Made by a program: the position numbers and the translations under genes. This document shows positions 9,467 through 18,585 of a stretch of DNA of 64,000 nucleotides, one piece after another. Each line of letters begins with the position of its first letter. The first letter of the stretch is position 1. The DNA is from a virus (lineage: Duplodnaviria; Caudoviricetes), in IMG/VR virus record IMGVR_UViG_3300025392_000002; one strand, 5' to 3'. The notes under the pieces were generated by a model. That model was not told where the DNA came from, did not search any database, and saw nothing but the letters and a program-made list of their open reading frames with translations.

Positions 9467-10096
9467 ATGTCACTATACCTCCGAGAGAATCTCAGTTTCA
9501 ACGAAGCAAAGATGGTCGTTGAATCTGATGACAAAGAAGGAAAAAACTTATACATGTCCGGGATTTGCATCCAGGGCGGTATAAAAAACGCTAACCAGCG
9601 TGTTTATCCTGTAAATGAGATTGGCAAGGCTGTCAAAACCTTAAACGATCAGATTCAAAACGGCTATTCAGTTCTCGGAGAAGTAGATCATCCAGATGAT
9701 CTAAAAATTAACCTGGATCGTGTAAGTCACATGATTGTAAATATGTGGATGGACGGTCCAAATGGTTACGGGAAGTTGAAAATACTTCCAACACCAATGG
9801 GACAACTAATCAAGACAATGCTGGAAAGCGGAGTCAAGTTAGGTGTTTCAAGTCGCGGATCCGGAAACGTCAAAGATGACGGATCCGGTGAAGTATCGGA
9901 TTTTGAGATTATCACAGTAGATATGGTAGCTCAACCTAGTGCTCCGGGAGCATACCCAACACCAATTTATGAACACTTGATGAATAATCGAGGCGGATTA
10001 AATGCCTTGCGTATAGCGCAAGAGGTGAAAGGTGACCCTAAAGCACAGAAATATCTCAAAGAGAGTTTATTAGCAATAATAAACAAACTCCAATAA
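9467..10096 (+). CDS. gp21: prohead protease (T4 gp21-like)
   Basis: NANQRVYP, LGEVDHP, GVSSRGSG, DMVAQPSAP motifs. Confidence 0.95.
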   Translation: MSLYLRENLSFNEAKMVVESDDKEGKNLYMSGICIQGGIKNANQRVYPVNEIGKAVKTLNDQIQNGYSVLGEVDHPDDLKINLDRVSHMIVNMWMDGPNGYGKLKILPTPMGQLIKTMLESGVKLGVSSRGSGNVKDDGSGEVSDFEIITVDMVAQPSAPGAYPTPIYEHLMNNRGGLNALRIAQEVKGDPKAQKYLKESLLAIINKLQ

Positions 10097-10109
10097 TAAG
10101 GAGAATCAC

Positions 10110-11204
10110 ATGTTGGATGCGCTAAAAAGTTTATTTGAAAACAATGTGATTTCTGCGGAGATCAAAGAGTCTATTGAGGCTGCTTTCGAAGCTCGTATCA
10201 ACGAAGCTAAGGAAACTGCTACTCAACAGCTACGCGAAGAGTTTGCACAAAAATATGAACATGACAAGAACACAATGATTGACGCAGTAGATCGTATGAT
10301 CTCTGAGCAGTTAAGTGCTGAGATTGTTGAATTTGCAGATGATCGTAACCAACTAGCAGAGATGAAAATCAAGCTAGCGAAAGAAAAACAGAAGACAGCT
10401 AAGGTAATGAAGGAATTTGTTACACGTCAGTTGGCCGCTGAAGTTCGTGAGTTACATGAAGATCAAGTTGCAATGGCAAGTAAGTTTGGTAAATTAGAAC
10501 AATTCGTTGTAGAAGCTCTAGCTCAAGAAATTACAGAGTTTTACAAAGACAAACAGGACCTAGCAGAAACTAAAGTTCGCTTGGTTCGTGAAGGTCGTAA
10601 AGAAATCAAGAAGGTAAAAGAAGCATTTGTACAACGTGCCGCTAAGATGGTTGAAGGTGTTGTAAGTCAAGGCCTACGTGCTGAGATGAAGACATTGAAA
10701 GAAGACATTGAAGCCGCTCGCCGTGCAGACTTTGGTCGCAAGTTATTCGAAGCTTTTGCTCACGAATATCAAGCGTCTTATCTAAATGAAAAATCGGAAA
10801 CTGCAAAATTACTCAAAGTCATAGACTTGAAAGATCAAGCAATGCAAGAGGCCGCTAAGGCCGTTGTACAAGCTGAACAAATCCTAGAAAGTAAAGAACA
10901 GACAATCCGTGCTTTGAAAGAAGCTCAAGAAAGAAAAGCAATCATGGACGAACTTTTGTCTCCTCTAAACAAGGAACAAAAAGAGATCATGGGCGAATTG
11001 ATGGAGAGTGTAAAGACTACTCGTCTAAACGAAAGTTTTGAAAAGTATCTTCCAGCAGTGTTAGCTGGAAACGCTCCGCAGAAGAAACAGGCACTAGTAG
11101 AGGCTAAAGAAATAACCGGAAATAAGATTTCCAACAACCAAAATAGAAGTGAGACCGATAACAATATCATTGATATTCGTAAGCTCGCTGGACTAAAATT
11201 CTAA
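10110..11204 (+). CDS. gp22: prohead core scaffold (T4 gp22-like)
   Basis: Coiled-coil, Glu/Lys-rich, between protease and capsid genes. Confidence 0.8.
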   Translation: MLDALKSLFENNVISAEIKESIEAAFEARINEAKETATQQLREEFAQKYEHDKNTMIDAVDRMISEQLSAEIVEFADDRNQLAEMKIKLAKEKQKTAKVMKEFVTRQLAAEVRELHEDQVAMASKFGKLEQFVVEALAQEITEFYKDKQDLAETKVRLVREGRKEIKKVKEAFVQRAAKMVEGVVSQGLRAEMKTLKEDIEAARRADFGRKLFEAFAHEYQASYLNEKSETAKLLKVIDLKDQAMQEAAKAVVQAEQILESKEQTIRALKEAQERKAIMDELLSPLNKEQKEIMGELMESVKTTRLNESFEKYLPAVLAGNAPQKKQALVEAKEITGNKISNNQNRSETDNNIIDIRKLAGLKF

Positions 11205-11216
11205 GGAGAAATTTAA

Positions 11217-12392
11217 ATGTCAGAACTATTAAACGGACGTTGGGCAGAAACAAAGGAAGCCCTATTAGAAGGCTTATCAGGCACTAAAAAATCAGTGATG
11301 GGAGTTACTCTAGAAAATACTCGTAAGTATTTGATGGAATCTCCAACAGCTGGTGCCACTTCTGCTGGTAACGTTGCAACATTAAACCGCGTGATTCTTC
11401 CAGTAATCCGCCGTGTCATGCCAACAGTCATTGCTAATGAACTAGTTGGTGTACAACCAATGACTGGCCCAGTTGGTCAAATTCACACATTGCGTGTACG
11501 CTACAGCGATACATCAGCAGGTGCGAACGTTCTAGCTGGTGAAGAGGCATTGAGCCCATTCAAGATTGCCGCTAGCTACTCTGGTAACGCTAACGATGCT
11601 GCCGCTAAAGCAACATCAACAGCAACACTAGAAGGTGTAGCAGGTAACAGAATGAGCATCCAAATCTTGAAACAAACTGTTGAAGCGAAGACACGTAAAT
11701 TGTCAGCTCGTTGGACATTTGAATCAGCTCAGGATGCACAAGCACAGCAAGGTATCGACGTTGAAGCAGAAGTAATGGCTGCTTTAGCACAAGAAATCAC
11801 AGCTGAAATCGACCAAGAGATCATTGCATCATTGATCAGCTTGGCAGGTACTGCAACACAGACTTATGACCAGTCAGCAGTTTCAGGTACAGCTACATTC
11901 GTTGGTGACGAGCATGCCGCTTTGGCAGTTCAGATCAATCGTGTTAGCAACTTGATCGCCCAGCGTACACGTCGTGGTGCTGGTAACTACGCTGTTGTAT
12001 CACCATTTGCATTGACAATCCTACAATCTGCTACTACAAGCGCATTTGCTCGTACAACAGAAGGTACATTCGAAGCTCCTACAAACACTAAGTTTGTTGG
12101 TACATTGAACAATGCTATGAAGATTTATGTAAACAGCTATGCAACTGATTCAACTGATATTCTTATCGGTTACAAAGGTGCTAGCGAGTCTGATGCTCCT
12201 GCATTCTATTGCCCATACATTCCATTGATGAGCAGTGGTGTAGTACTTGACCCATCAACATTCGAACCAGTCGTTTCATTCATGACACGTTATGGCTATG
12301 TTGAATTGTCTAACACAGCATCTAGCTTAGGTAATGCGGCTGACTATTTAGGTCGTGTTGCTATCACTTCAGCTAACGTTAAGTTCAGCTAA
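11217..12392 (+). CDS. gp23: major capsid protein (T4 gp23-like)
   Basis: GVQPMTGPVGQI, AKTRKLSARWTFE.AQD, EITAEIDQEI, FYCPYIPL, FMTRYG. Confidence 0.97.
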   Translation: MSELLNGRWAETKEALLEGLSGTKKSVMGVTLENTRKYLMESPTAGATSAGNVATLNRVILPVIRRVMPTVIANELVGVQPMTGPVGQIHTLRVRYSDTSAGANVLAGEEALSPFKIAASYSGNANDAAAKATSTATLEGVAGNRMSIQILKQTVEAKTRKLSARWTFESAQDAQAQQGIDVEAEVMAALAQEITAEIDQEIIASLISLAGTATQTYDQSAVSGTATFVGDEHAALAVQINRVSNLIAQRTRRGAGNYAVVSPFALTILQSATTSAFARTTEGTFEAPTNTKFVGTLNNAMKIYVNSYATDSTDILIGYKGASESDAPAFYCPYIPLMSSGVVLDPSTFEPVVSFMTRYGYVELSNTASSLGNAADYLGRVAITSANVKFS

Positions 12393-12424
12393 TTCAAACC
12401 TAAACAGTTTGTTAGTAATAAAAC

Positions 12425-12449
12425 AAAAGGGATCTTCGGATCCCTTTTT
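12425..12449 (+). terminator. rho-independent terminator after capsid gene
   Basis: AAAAGGGATC-TTCG-GATCCCTTTTT. Confidence 0.9.
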
Positions 12450-12466
12450 GTTTGGGTAAATATATG

Positions 12467-13060
12467 ATGACCACTACTGCCTTTTTAAATCCAACAAATT
12501 TATCTAATCTGAATATACCTAATACTGTTACTGGGTATCCAAGTATTGACTGGATTACAAAAAATAATACTATTTTAGAAAACAATTACGCAACTAGTAG
12601 TAAACCTTTACATACTATTAGTGGATTATGGATGGAAAAGTTTCTTAGTAATACCAGCGAATTATACTGCACAGGATATAAATTTGCCGATACAGGACTA
12701 ATAGTTGCCGGCATTGAACTAGCTCTTAATGTACAACGTGCCAGTAGAATTCAAGATTTAAAAATTAAATTAGTGTTAAATGGTGCAGAGATTGCCAACG
12801 GTAATAATCTTGCCAGCACTGTAAATCCTGTACAAAGCAATATGTATGTAGGAACAGGTCCTACAGATGTGTATCCTGTACCAGTAGGCGATTATAATGT
12901 CTATGGCGGCGATTTGAGTCTATGGGGAGTTACACTAACAAGCACACAGATAGCAGATCCTACGTTTGGTGTTGTGATTAGTTTCCACAGTAATCAAATA
13001 TATCCGCATACTGATCTAGTTTATCTGGATCAAGCGGCATTAAGAGTTACCTACGCATAA
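12467..13060 (+). CDS. hypothetical structural protein
   Basis: ORF track begins at TTG 12452; ATGs at 12464 and 12467 follow late box 12457-12462. Confidence 0.6.
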   Translation: MTTTAFLNPTNLSNLNIPNTVTGYPSIDWITKNNTILENNYATSSKPLHTISGLWMEKFLSNTSELYCTGYKFADTGLIVAGIELALNVQRASRIQDLKIKLVLNGAEIANGNNLASTVNPVQSNMYVGTGPTDVYPVPVGDYNVYGGDLSLWGVTLTSTQIADPTFGVVISFHSNQIYPHTDLVYLDQAALRVTYA

Positions 13061-13066
13061 ATACAT

Positions 13067-13118
13067 TGTCACGCTTGCATGGTGCAAGTTTATGCGGATA
13101 ACCCAACCGCGTATGACA
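13067..13118 (+). promoter_or_regulatory. structured 5' leader (three-way junction)
   Basis: TGTCA/TGACA closes GCTTGCA/TGCAAGT and TATGCGG/CCGCGTA stems, just after late box 13058-13063. Confidence 0.5.
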
Positions 13119-13146
13119 TAGAACGTCAAATTTAAGGAGAAACAAA

Positions 13147-14898
13147 ATGGGACGTCCATTAAATAAAAAATATTTCGGTAAGAGAAATACAGGTGCCGCA
13201 GGCACATTTGGTAATACAAACTTATTACCAACAGACTATGACCTAGGTGGTCTTAAAACAAGCGGTGTTACCGTTGGTACAGCAGGTTCTTATACACCTA
13301 CACAAGCTAACACATTAACTGTAACATTTCCAAAACCAGCACTAGCTTCCGAAGGCGGTGTAACAGCAGTTGGTACTCCTTCATTCACTTATGTAAGTGG
13401 TGGTTCATTAAGTGGTACACAAACTCAAGCCTATTTAGGTGGCGCTGGTAACCCAGTAACAGCTACAGTTGGTACTAACGTAGTTACATTTACTCCAACA
13501 CTAACAGCAAGCACAACTGGTATTTCAGTTACTAGTGTTAGCTCATCTGGTGTTGCAGTAGTAGCAAGTGGTACATACGTAAAAGGCCAAGACTTTGTAT
13601 TATCAGGTGCTTCAGCTGGTAACGGAACATATTATGTTCAAACTGGTGGTACATCAGTAACAAGCATTACAATCACAACAAGTTATGCATTGGCTATTGG
13701 ATCAACAACTCCAGTAGTAACAGCATCAACTGGTGGTACAGCAGTACTAGGCGCAACTTATAATACAATCGCTAGTATTGCTCTAGCAAGTGGTGGTACA
13801 TTTACAGCCGCACAAACTACAGCATGGAACGCCGCAAGTGCTCCATCATTAGTACAAGCAACAAGTTCAGGCCTAGGCGCAACATTGACAGTTTCAAGTT
13901 CAGCATTTGGTGTTGGCGCAGTTGCATTAACTACTCCTGGTAACGGTTATATCAATGCTGTTTCAGTTACTCCAAGTATCACAAGTTCAACATTGACAAC
14001 AATTACAACATATACATCAACTGGTTTAAGTGCAACTACAGTTGGTGGTGTATTTGCAATGACACCAGCACAATCAGCTGGTACATTCTATGTTGGGCAA
14101 GTTGTTACATTAACCGGTACAGCAGGCGGCGCGGGTTCAATTGGTAGTTATTCAACTGGTAACAGTTACCTTGTTAAAGCAACTGATGGTATCAGTACAC
14201 TTACTTTAACTAACATTGATGGTTCAGCAATAACAACAGTAGTTGGTGCAATCAGCGGTTTATCAATCGTTCTTTACAAAGAAACAGTTACATCAACAGA
14301 CCAATTAGTTCCAGGGTTGAAAGTAGTTACAACTGGTACAGGCGGTAGTTTAACAGCCGGTACATATTATATCATTGCAGTTAACGGCTCAACTGAAATT
14401 GTTCTAAGTAGCTCAGCAGGTGGTAATGCAGTAGCAGTTACAACAGCAACTTCAACAGCAACTTGCGTATTCAGTGGTAACATTGCCGCAACGTTTAGTT
14501 CAGGTGCCGCTACTGCTAACTTGACATTTGCCGCACAAGTAACAACTGGTTATACTGGTAACTATGCCGCTATCCAGGCACAGTCATTAGCTACAACTGG
14601 TGGTGTTGTTCGTCAAGATACAGACATTATCAAACAAGAAAACACACAACGTTTCCGTGTTGAAAGTGCTGATGGTGTATTCTATGCTAAGTTAGTTAAT
14701 GCTTTTCCAACAGTCGGTGGAACAATAGCTATCAATGCTACTGATTCTGCTGGTGGTACATACTGGGTAACTAAGATCACTAATCGTCGTTGCCGTGTAA
14801 CTCGTAACACAGGTACACAGTTTACAGACGGATCACAAGTTAACTGGACATTTGGCTCAGCAGTAGCTAACGTTTCAGTTAAGATCGATAACGCTTAA
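13147..14898 (+). CDS. virion structural protein (head decoration/fibre-like)
   Basis: Thr/Gly/Ser-rich beta modules, strong SD, own promoter and terminator, codon usage like the capsid gene. Confidence 0.65.
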   Translation: MGRPLNKKYFGKRNTGAAGTFGNTNLLPTDYDLGGLKTSGVTVGTAGSYTPTQANTLTVTFPKPALASEGGVTAVGTPSFTYVSGGSLSGTQTQAYLGGAGNPVTATVGTNVVTFTPTLTASTTGISVTSVSSSGVAVVASGTYVKGQDFVLSGASAGNGTYYVQTGGTSVTSITITTSYALAIGSTTPVVTASTGGTAVLGATYNTIASIALASGGTFTAAQTTAWNAASAPSLVQATSSGLGATLTVSSSAFGVGAVALTTPGNGYINAVSVTPSITSSTLTTITTYTSTGLSATTVGGVFAMTPAQSAGTFYVGQVVTLTGTAGGAGSIGSYSTGNSYLVKATDGISTLTLTNIDGSAITTVVGAISGLSIVLYKETVTSTDQLVPGLKVVTTGTGGSLTAGTYYIIAVNGSTEIVLSSSAGGNAVAVTTATSTATCVFSGNIAATFSSGAATANLTFAAQVTTGYTGNYAAIQAQSLATTGGVVRQDTDIIKQENTQRFRVESADGVFYAKLVNAFPTVGGTIAINATDSAGGTYWVTKITNRRCRVTRNTGTQFTDGSQVNWTFGSAVANVSVKIDNA

Positions 14899-14907
14899 TA
14901 AACTAAT

Positions 14908-14926
14908 AGGGCCCTTCGGGGCCCTT
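14908..14926 (+). terminator. UUCG hairpin terminator with short U tract
   Basis: AGGGCCC-TTCG-GGGCCCT-T. Confidence 0.7.
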
Positions 14927-14939
14927 ACAGGATTCTAGA

Positions 14940-15926
14940 ATGTCAAGAATATTAAAAGTCAGTAACGGCGACTACAGATTACAAGTTGTATCCGGTGGAA
15001 ATATCATATTTGATCCGGGTTCAACAGGTACGGTTACAGTTACAGGCAATCTTGATGTTAAGGGTATAACAACCCAAATTGAAAGTATCAATACCACAAT
15101 TCAAGACAACATCATACAATTAAACCAAGGCCAGCAAGGCAATGGTATTAGTAGTGCTAATAATTATGTTGCAGGTATTGAAGTAGAACGCGGTAATTAC
15201 AGTGCCGCACAATTAATTTTTAATGAACAAGTAAGTCATTACGACAGTCAAAGTTCAACTACTGTTACAGGTACCTGGAGTTTAAAAACAGCCGACGGTA
15301 AGCTGAGTGGCATGCAGTTGAGAACTATTACAACAGATGGACTTGCTGATTTGATATTTGACATGCAAGGTCAAAATCCAGTTATACGTGTTGCTAATAG
15401 TACAAATTATTATCTACGTTGTACAGATGTAAATGATATTCCAAACGTAGATTATGTACAGCATTTTGTAGCCAGTAACTATAATGGTTCAGGGCAGGGT
15501 TATGCGATTGTAAGTAGTCTCCAGTATCCAATTACTGGATCAGTTGCCGCTGCCAATGCTAGTATTCAAGCTAGTGCAACAAATATTATATTTCAAATAG
15601 CACAAAACACTATTGCTACAGTTAGTAGCACAGGTGTACAACTAGGTAACATTCAAGTAGGCGGTACAAGTACTCCTAATACAATCAGTAATACTACACT
15701 GAATCCATTAATTTTAACTAGTAATAACGGAGTAGTCGAAGTTAATGCAGTTATGACACTAGATGATCAAAGTGCTCCAACATACACATCTGGCAAGTCA
15801 AAAGTGTATTCAAGCGCCACAGCAGGCCCAGGACGTACTGGAATATATTTTACAAATAATACAAGTCAAACGCCAGATGAACTGATAAGTAGAAATAGAG
15901 CGGTGCTGTTAAGCATCTTATTATAA
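14940..15926 (+). CDS. virion structural protein
   Basis: VTGNLDVKG.T...DNII.LN...AGIEVERG fibre-type motif. Confidence 0.65.
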   Translation: MSRILKVSNGDYRLQVVSGGNIIFDPGSTGTVTVTGNLDVKGITTQIESINTTIQDNIIQLNQGQQGNGISSANNYVAGIEVERGNYSAAQLIFNEQVSHYDSQSSTTVTGTWSLKTADGKLSGMQLRTITTDGLADLIFDMQGQNPVIRVANSTNYYLRCTDVNDIPNVDYVQHFVASNYNGSGQGYAIVSSLQYPITGSVAAANASIQASATNIIFQIAQNTIATVSSTGVQLGNIQVGGTSTPNTISNTTLNPLILTSNNGVVEVNAVMTLDDQSAPTYTSGKSKVYSSATAGPGRTGIYFTNNTSQTPDELISRNRAVLLSILL

Positions 15927-15935
15927 GGAATAAAC

Positions 15936-16262
15936 ATGGCGATTTCATCAACATTAGTAGCAAATACAAACACAACAATCTATACTAGCACAGTTAGCGG
16001 TAGTCAGATTGGCAATGCAATCACTTGTTTAATGTTTTGCAATTATACTCCTAGTACAACTGCTACAGTTACAGTTTATGTTGTTCCTAATGGCGGGTCC
16101 GCAACTAATACTACCATGATAGTTAATGCATTGAGTATTCCGGGCGGAGAAACTGTAAGTTTAGATCAAGAAAAATTAGTGTTAGGTAGCGGAGATTTTA
16201 TTGTAGCCGTTGCTAGTGTAAACACAGTAATAACATCAACAATTAGCACATTGCCAGTATAA
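15936..16262 (+). CDS. small structural protein (paralogue family with 20065 and 41033)
   Basis: 108 aa, N...IPGGET...KLVL pattern. Confidence 0.65.
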   Translation: MAISSTLVANTNTTIYTSTVSGSQIGNAITCLMFCNYTPSTTATVTVYVVPNGGSATNTTMIVNALSIPGGETVSLDQEKLVLGSGDFIVAVASVNTVITSTISTLPV

Positions 16263-17293
16263 TGAGATATTTAAAACGTCAAAATGTCAATAGAAGAATA
16301 GCTAACGATACCACGTTATATTCTGATGCGGCTGGTCAAAACGTATATGTTCAGCCTAATTTAGCTGGTAGTGTAAGTGTTCCTGTTGGAACAAATGCAC
16401 AACGCCCAGGTACTCCTTCAAATGGAATGATGCGTTTCAATACAGACGGTGTTACTAACGGACAGATGGAAGTTTATTCCGCAGGACGTTGGAGAGCATT
16501 GAAGTATGTTGAGCAAGGCACAATTACACAACAGAATTTAGGAGCTGGAGACGGAGCTAATACTTATTTTGGTCCTTTAAACAGCACTTGGTACAATCCG
16601 GCTAACAATGCCAATAACACAACAGTTGGCGCACAAAATATTTTAGTAATTGTTGAAAACGTAATTCAAGTTAGTGCAATCAACTATACAGTAGTACAGA
16701 ATCCAACACTTCCAACAGAAGTTTATGCGCCAAAATTAAGTTTGGCAGCAGGTGTCGGAGCAACGACATTATATTTTAATAGCAGTTTGTTTATTACAGG
16801 TGCAAGCGGCAACGGTGCTACAGCAACCATAACATTTGCTACCCAACCACAAGTTCCATTTGCAACCGGTGCAAGTATTGTAATTACTGGGGTAAATGCA
16901 ACAGGTACTGGTTCCTATAACGGTAACTTTACAGTAACTGGTAGTACTGTTAGTAGTGTAAGTTTTGCCAGTGCAACTACAGCAACTTATCAAAATGGCG
17001 GCGAAGTTGATGCAGTTGGAGCAGTATACCCAACAGTAAACTTAACTGGTTCAACTATAACTGGTACAAACTTGCCAGGCGGCACAACTATTGTTAGTTA
17101 TGTGACAGATCCAAATACAGATGCACTACTCAGCGTAGTTATTAGCAATGCAATTACTACTAGTACAGTTGCAGTTAATACTGCATATACTATTACAAAA
17201 ACTGGTGGAGCAGGATCTGGCTACTATTTGAATTTTAGTACACCAGTGCCATACGGAAAGGTTGTCATAGCACTACTCGGCTTTGACAGTTAA
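16262..17293 (+). CDS. virion fibre-associated protein
   Basis: VPVGTNAQRP...GMMRFNTD...EVY motif plus beta module. Confidence 0.65.
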   Translation: MRYLKRQNVNRRIANDTTLYSDAAGQNVYVQPNLAGSVSVPVGTNAQRPGTPSNGMMRFNTDGVTNGQMEVYSAGRWRALKYVEQGTITQQNLGAGDGANTYFGPLNSTWYNPANNANNTTVGAQNILVIVENVIQVSAINYTVVQNPTLPTEVYAPKLSLAAGVGATTLYFNSSLFITGASGNGATATITFATQPQVPFATGASIVITGVNATGTGSYNGNFTVTGSTVSSVSFASATTATYQNGGEVDAVGAVYPTVNLTGSTITGTNLPGGTTIVSYVTDPNTDALLSVVISNAITTSTVAVNTAYTITKTGGAGSGYYLNFSTPVPYGKVVIALLGFDS

Positions 17294-17307
17294 GCTAGGA
17301 GCTGACC

Positions 17308-18441
17308 ATGGGGCGAGAACTTGGTAGAATAAGCGGCCCGTTACTAGCAGATAATTTACTACGTAACGGTTCAAATCTTGCCTTTGACACACAAGTATTA
17401 TACTTAGACGTTGTTAACGGTCGAGTTGGATTTAATACTCTAGCACCAACGGTTGAACTTACAGTTCCAAACCAAGCTAATACTACAAATTTAGTTGTTG
17501 ACACACAAGCTAATTTTGGCGATTTTACTGTCACTACTAATAATATTCAGCATGTAACCGGTGGCATAACAATCCAGCCTAATCAAGCAAGTAATCCTAC
17601 AGTAGTGACTCCAGGATTGAGTACTGCTAATTTATACTTTAGCGGAAATACATTATTAGATACTGTTACTAACGATAATATAAACATTAATCCTAGTGGA
17701 ACAGGACAAATTAAACTAAACAATAATGTATTAGTTACAGGTGGACTACATGCTACTGGAAATGTTACATTTGATGGTAACATTCAATTAGGTAATGAAA
17801 CTACAGATAGGATTACATTTGTTGCAGAAGTTACTAGTAACATTTTACCTGCTCCTGCAACCACAGCTTCCAAACTTTTAACTCAAAGTGGCCCTTTGTT
17901 CATTGGTATAGATGACGAATTCTTATTGTTAAACAAACAGTATTTGTATAATTTAGGTAGTCCTAGCCTACAATGGAATACACTGTATGCTAAGAGTCTT
18001 ATCAGTCCGGGAGCAAATGCTGTTACGATTACTACTTCATCAACTACTGCTGGTGGTATAACTTTTGGTTCAAACACTATCAACACAACTAGTACTGATA
18101 TTATTCTTAGCACTAGTGGAACAGGACAAGTTAAACTAAATGGAGTTCCTTGGATAAATGGTAGTAATATACAAAACACTACTAATGGCGGAGTAAATTT
18201 AGCTGGCACCAATAACGGTTATATAAAATTTACAGGTACAAGCGGTCTAGTACTTCCTGTAGGTAATTCAAATAATAGACCTAAAAGTCCTCAACAAGGT
18301 GCTATGCGATATAATACTGATTTAGGATATGCTGAAGTCTACAACGGAGCCGGTTGGTCTACAGTTGGTGGGTCCGGAGCAGTCTTAACACAAAGCCAAG
18401 TTAATGATACACTGTGGGCCTGGGACTTAATTCTAGGGTAA
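17308..18441 (+). CDS. virion fibre protein (paralogue of 18586)
   Basis: GRISGPLL..NLLRNG.NLAF N-terminus, LPVG...RP...GAMRYNTD C-terminus. Confidence 0.7.
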   Translation: MGRELGRISGPLLADNLLRNGSNLAFDTQVLYLDVVNGRVGFNTLAPTVELTVPNQANTTNLVVDTQANFGDFTVTTNNIQHVTGGITIQPNQASNPTVVTPGLSTANLYFSGNTLLDTVTNDNININPSGTGQIKLNNNVLVTGGLHATGNVTFDGNIQLGNETTDRITFVAEVTSNILPAPATTASKLLTQSGPLFIGIDDEFLLLNKQYLYNLGSPSLQWNTLYAKSLISPGANAVTITTSSTTAGGITFGSNTINTTSTDIILSTSGTGQVKLNGVPWINGSNIQNTTNGGVNLAGTNNGYIKFTGTSGLVLPVGNSNNRPKSPQQGAMRYNTDLGYAEVYNGAGWSTVGGSGAVLTQSQVNDTLWAWDLILG

Positions 18442-18465
18442 TCAACCCGTAAAAAACAAAACAGC

Positions 18466-18585
18466 TAAATACTATGATTAGAAAAAATGACCAATTTTTT
18501 CTATGATTAAACAGTGGTAAACCCGCTAAGAGCGTCCAGCTGAAAAAGTGGTTAACCGTGAAACACGGGGTAAACGGGAGCTCTG
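18466..18585 (+). promoter_or_regulatory. late promoter plus structured leader
   Basis: TAAATA 18466-18471 followed by four stems, the last overlapping the GGGAG SD. Confidence 0.5.

Noticed and set aside
12452-12466. TTG start given by the ORF track
   Set aside because: Lies at the terminator tail upstream of the late box; ATG 12464 or 12467 is more plausible
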